A DNA stretch of 50,504 nucleotides. Source: Nemertoderma westbladi (lineage: Eukaryota > Animalia > Xenacoelomorpha). Both the position numbers and the translations under genes were made by a program. The notes beneath the pieces are model-generated. The model made no database searches and was not told where the DNA came from. It was given only the letters and a program-made list of their open reading frames with translations. Positions 46,358 to 50,504 of the stretch are shown in pieces; the stretch's first letter is position 1, and every line of letters begins with the position of its first letter. Location: the NCBI GenBank assembly GCA_032718475.1, contig JAUCBJ010002482.1:1-50504 (forward strand). Reading direction: 5' to 3'.

Positions 46358-47892
46358 GTTCTAGAAAACTGTTGGGGAAGAATTCCAGAACAAAGTTACA
46401 GTGCGGGAAGAATTCTAGAACAAAGTTACAGGGCGGGAAGAATTCTAGAATAAAGTTACAGTGCGGGAAGAATTCCAGAACAAAGTTACAGTGCGGGAAG
46501 AATTCCAGAACAAAGTTACAGTGCGGGAAGAATTCCAGAACAAAGTTACAGTGCGGGAAGAATTCTAGAATAAAGTTACAGTGCGGGAAGAATTCTAGAA
46601 TAAAGTTACAGTGCGGGAAGAATTCTAGAACAAAGTTACATTGCGGGAAGAATTCTAGAATAAAGTTACAGTGCGGGAAGAATTCTAGAATAAATTTACA
46701 TTGCGGGAAGAATTCTAGAATAAAGTTACAGTGCGGGAAGAATTCTAGAACAAAGTTACAGTGCGGGAAGAATTCTAGAATAAAGTTACAGTGCGGGAAG
46801 AATTCTAGAACAAAGTTACAGTGCGGGAAGCATTCTAGAATAAAGTTACAGTGCGGGAAGAATTCTAGAATAAAGTTACAGTGCGGGAAGAATTCTAGAA
46901 TAAAGTTACAGTGCGGGAAGAATTCTAGAACAAATTTACATTGCGGGAAGAATTCTAGAATAAAGTTACAGTGCGGGAAGAATTCCAGAACAAAGTTACA
47001 GTGCGGGAAGAATTCTAGAATAAAGTTACAGTGCGGGAAGAATTCCAGAACAAAGTTACAGTGCGGGAAGAATTCCAGAACAAAGTTACAGTGCGGGAAG
47101 AATTCTAGAATAAAGTTACAGTGCGGGAAGAATTCCAGAACAAAGTTACAGTGCGGGAAGAATTCCAGAACAAAGTTACAGTGCGGGAAGAATTCTAGAA
47201 TAAAGTTACAGTGCGGGAAGAATTCTAGAACAAAGTTACATTGCGGGAAGAATTCTAGAATAAAGTTACAGTGCGGGAAGAATTCCAGAACAAAGTTACA
47301 GTGCGGGAAGAATTCCAGAACAAAGTTACAGTGCGGGAAGAATTCTAGAATAAAGTTACAGTGCGGGAAGAATTCTAGAACAAAGTTACATTGCGGGAAG
47401 AATTCTAGAATAAAGTTACATTGCGGGAAGAATTCTAGAATAAAGTTACAGTGCGGGAAGAATTCTAGAATAAAGTTACAGTGCGGGAAGAATTCTAGAA
47501 CAAAGTTACAGTGCGGGAAGAATTCTAGAATAAAGTTACAGTGCGGGAAGAATTCTAGAACAAAGTTACAGTGCGGGAAGAATTCTAGAATAAAGTTACA
47601 GTGCGGGAAGAATTCTAGAACAAAGTTACAGTGCGGGAAGCATTCTAGAATAAAGTTACAGTGCGGGAAGAATTCTAGAATAAAGTTACAGTGCGGGAAG
47701 AATTCTAGAATAAAGTTACAGTGCGGGAAGAATTCTAGAACAAATTTACATTGCGGGAAGAATTCTAGAATAAAGTTACAGTGCGGGAAGAATTCTAGAA
47801 TAAAGTTACAGTGCGGGAAGAATTCTAGAATAAAGTTACAGTGCGGGAAGAATTCTAGAATAAAGTTACAGTGCGGGAAGAATTCTAGAACA
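46358..47892. repeat. 30-bp tandem repeat (about 51 copies) directly after the stop codon
   Basis: Unit aattcYagaaYaaagttacagtgcgggaag. Confidence 0.96.
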
Positions 47893-48793
47893 TTGTTTTG
47901 GAAGAATTATTGAACACAGTTTGGAAATGAATTCTAGAACACAGTTGAGGAATAATATGAGAAAGAAATTGTTGCCAAAATAAGAGTAGAGAGTTGCACT
48001 TGTTCAAGACTGTAGGTGGGGACGATTTGTTGTAAGTATAACTGTTTCTCTCGGATTTTGGTCTATTTAGTGATCCAATTAAATATTGTGTAATTTTAAT
48101 TTTACTAAATTATTACGAACAAATAAATAATAAACATAATTGATTTTGTTATATTATTGTTTAATTTTAACAGCCCTTGCGCGGCGTGTACAACAAACCT
48201 GATATGTAATATCACGATGTTACATTCCGATAATTTTCTCACAGAAACAAAAACTCAATAATAATTATAATAATGTTTGATTACCTGTTATATAATGACC
48301 AATCGTATAATTTATATAGGCAGGAGGGTAACTGACCTGAGAGAAGCCACCACGGTGGGTTTCTTTTCTTTAAAACGACCAATAACAGCGCCAATAACTA
48401 CAGCCGCATAGGGCGAGAACTTTTTCCGCAACCCCACAGCTAGTTGGTGCAAGCATTTACCAGCAACAGTTACCAACATAACGTTAGAATCTTTCTGGAC
48501 AATCTAAATATCAAATAATAAATAAGTTAGTAGGAATAATAATTATTTTACGTTTAAAGATTTACAATACAATATTTACTTACGAAAATGTTTACTGTAC
48601 CTACCCTACTCTCTCTGCTACTCGTGGTGACTTCTACATTCAAACAGATCGTTTAACTTCGACACAACGATCAATTAGCTTTCAAGGTCCCCTGATCGGA
48701 ATGACAGAAGGGGGGGGGGGGGGGGGGGGGGTGACTGGATGCAATCCAACTTTACCAATCCGCTAAAAATTTCTAAAATTAGAGTAAATTCTT

Positions 48794-49167
48794 AAAAGTA
48801 AGTCAAAAAGTAAGTCAAAAAGTAAGTCAAAAAGTAAGTCAAAAAGTAAGTCAAAAAGTAAGTCAAAAAGTAAGTCAAAAAGTAAGTCAAAAAGTAAGTC
48901 AAAAAGTAAGTCAAAAAGTAAGTCAAAAAGTAAGTCAAAAAGTAAGTCAAAAAGTAAGTCAAAAAGTAAGTCAAAAAGTAAGTCAAAAAGTAAGTCAAAA
49001 AGTAAGTCAAAAAGTAAGTCAAAAAGTAAGTCAAAAAGTAAGTCAAAAAGTAAGTCAAAAAGTAAGTCAAAAAGTTAGTCAAAAAAGTAAGTCAAAAAGT
49101 AAGTCAAAAAGTAAGTCAAAAAGTAAGTCAAAAGGTAAGTCAAAAAGTAAGTCAAAAAGTAAGTCAA
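48794..49167. repeat. 12-bp tandem repeat (about 31 copies)
   Basis: Unit aaaaagtaagtc. Confidence 0.96.
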
Positions 49168-50172
49168 TCCGGCCAATTTCACTCAGCACAAGACGCTACA
49201 CACTGTGGGTGGAAGTTAAATTGATAGGAATAAAATAAAAAAATAACTAGAAAACATTTAATAATATTAATTGTTTTCTTTAGATATTTATGGGGTGGGG
49301 TATCACAGATTAAAAAAGGACTATTATTCGAAAAAAATATGTAAGCGGAAAACACCTTTGTTTCACTCATTTTCAATTTAGCGAAATTCAACTATTCTGT
49401 CCGAGTTGTTGAGTTTTACACGAGTTGGCAGGTTTTTAGCAAGAGCGAAGCGAGTGTTAAAATGCAAACGAGTCAAGGGCAGAATAACTGATGATTTGGC
49501 TCATGATTTAACAGATAGTTTTCTACTTAAAAACAGTTAATTCCCTACTGTTGTGGGCACTGGTAGACAAGCACATTTTACTGGTAGCATCAGTATTCAG
49601 TATGGTATAGCCTACAAGGCCTTCTTCTAGAAGGCCTTCTTGGCAGTATACTACTACTACTGTACTAATACCGTGGCGGAACAGCATATACCGGTAGACA
49701 CAGCATGACTGCCTACAACCTAACGTTACTTACCGGTACAGCGTTAATTCAGTAGGCCTAATTAGTAATTATTTTATTAGTAATTAGTGTAACGGTTTAT
49801 TAATTAGTGTTTCAATTGTTACATTACAATACAACCATCCCAAGTCTTTATTATTATTGCAGTATCGGTATTGCATATTATTTTACATTACCGGTACCGC
49901 TTGCAGGCTTGTATTACTGTATTACAGTATTAACGGTATAGGCCTATCTAAAACAAAGAAATACACCTTGAACCTGTGAACTGTTGAATTTGACAATAAA
50001 TCAGACAATTGGTGTTGCAGTGTTGGTGTTGGTGTATGGCTTGGGCCTAATAATACTGTAATAATAAGAACAGAAGAAGGCCTATTCAATTGAGGTAATT
50101 TAAATAGGCCTACGAGTTCAGGAGTTCAGGAGTTACAGAGTTCAGAGTTAGGCTTATTGATAAAACAGTAAA

Positions 50173-50504
50173 ATGGACGACGAAGATCGTGTAGAGGATG
50201 TAAACGACTTCGACCCCAACGTAGTGATGAGTAACCAGCAGTCCGGGATTCTCGCGTCCTACGTGGAGATGGGATGGGGGGTCGTGCAATCCTACGGCTG
50301 GTTCCTTTTACTCGGGGTGCTGGTAGCGATGTACCTCCGGAGTAAGTGGGAGTCGCGACCGGTGAGACAATCACAGGAAGGGCTGCAGTACGACGGGGAG
50401 AAAGCGATACAGAGGCAGGAGGCAATGGAAGCTCACCGGAGGCGACTGCAGGAGGAGTTGAACGCCAAGGCCGCAGTGGTTGCGGAGCAACAGCGAATCA
50501 AAGA
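50173..50504 (+). CDS. SELENOS: Selenoprotein S (VIMP)-like, 3'-partial
   Basis: Open from the ATG to the window edge: acidic N-terminus, YGW followed by one TM helix, then RQEAMEAHRRRLQEELNAKA, resembling the SelS coiled coil. Missing from the ORF track because there is no stop in the window; any Sec codon or SECIS lies outside it. Confidence 0.8.
   Translation, partial: MDDEDRVEDVNDFDPNVVMSNQQSGILASYVEMGWGVVQSYGWFLLLGVLVAMYLRSKWESRPVRQSQEGLQYDGEKAIQRQEAMEAHRRRLQEELNAKAAVVAEQQRIK

Noticed and set aside
46300-47913. 537-aa ORF of CGKNSRIKLQ repeats
   Set aside because: A stop-free frame of a 30-bp repeat that overlaps the true last exon out of frame; no independent sign of coding.

Overview
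Animal (metazoan) genomic DNA with GT-AG introns. One giant plus-strand gene spans most of the window. It enters from the left edge and has 19 exons here (635 to a TAG at 46353-46355, about 4,860 codons), encoding about 52 sushi/CCP modules, with 11 LDL-receptor class A modules alternating with the CCPs at the C-terminal end. Its 15.4-kb intron (16980-32355) holds four intact, intronless housekeeping genes (MTRES1-, C11orf54-, SLC30A5- and LAP3-like), a 50-bp satellite split by an RTE-type retroelement, three SINE-like copies and a foldback element. A SELENOS-like ORF starts at the right edge. The most unusual pattern is that tandem arrays repeatedly amplify RNA-processing signals. Three arrays (1-399, about 1020-8790, 44973-45905) are copies of the exon 3' end plus its 5' splice site. 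Three more start just after a donor. The array after the stop codon carries many AATAAA hexamers, and a 12-bp array is essentially a GTAAGT repeat. All coordinates, counts and family calls were made by eye, without alignment tools or database searches.
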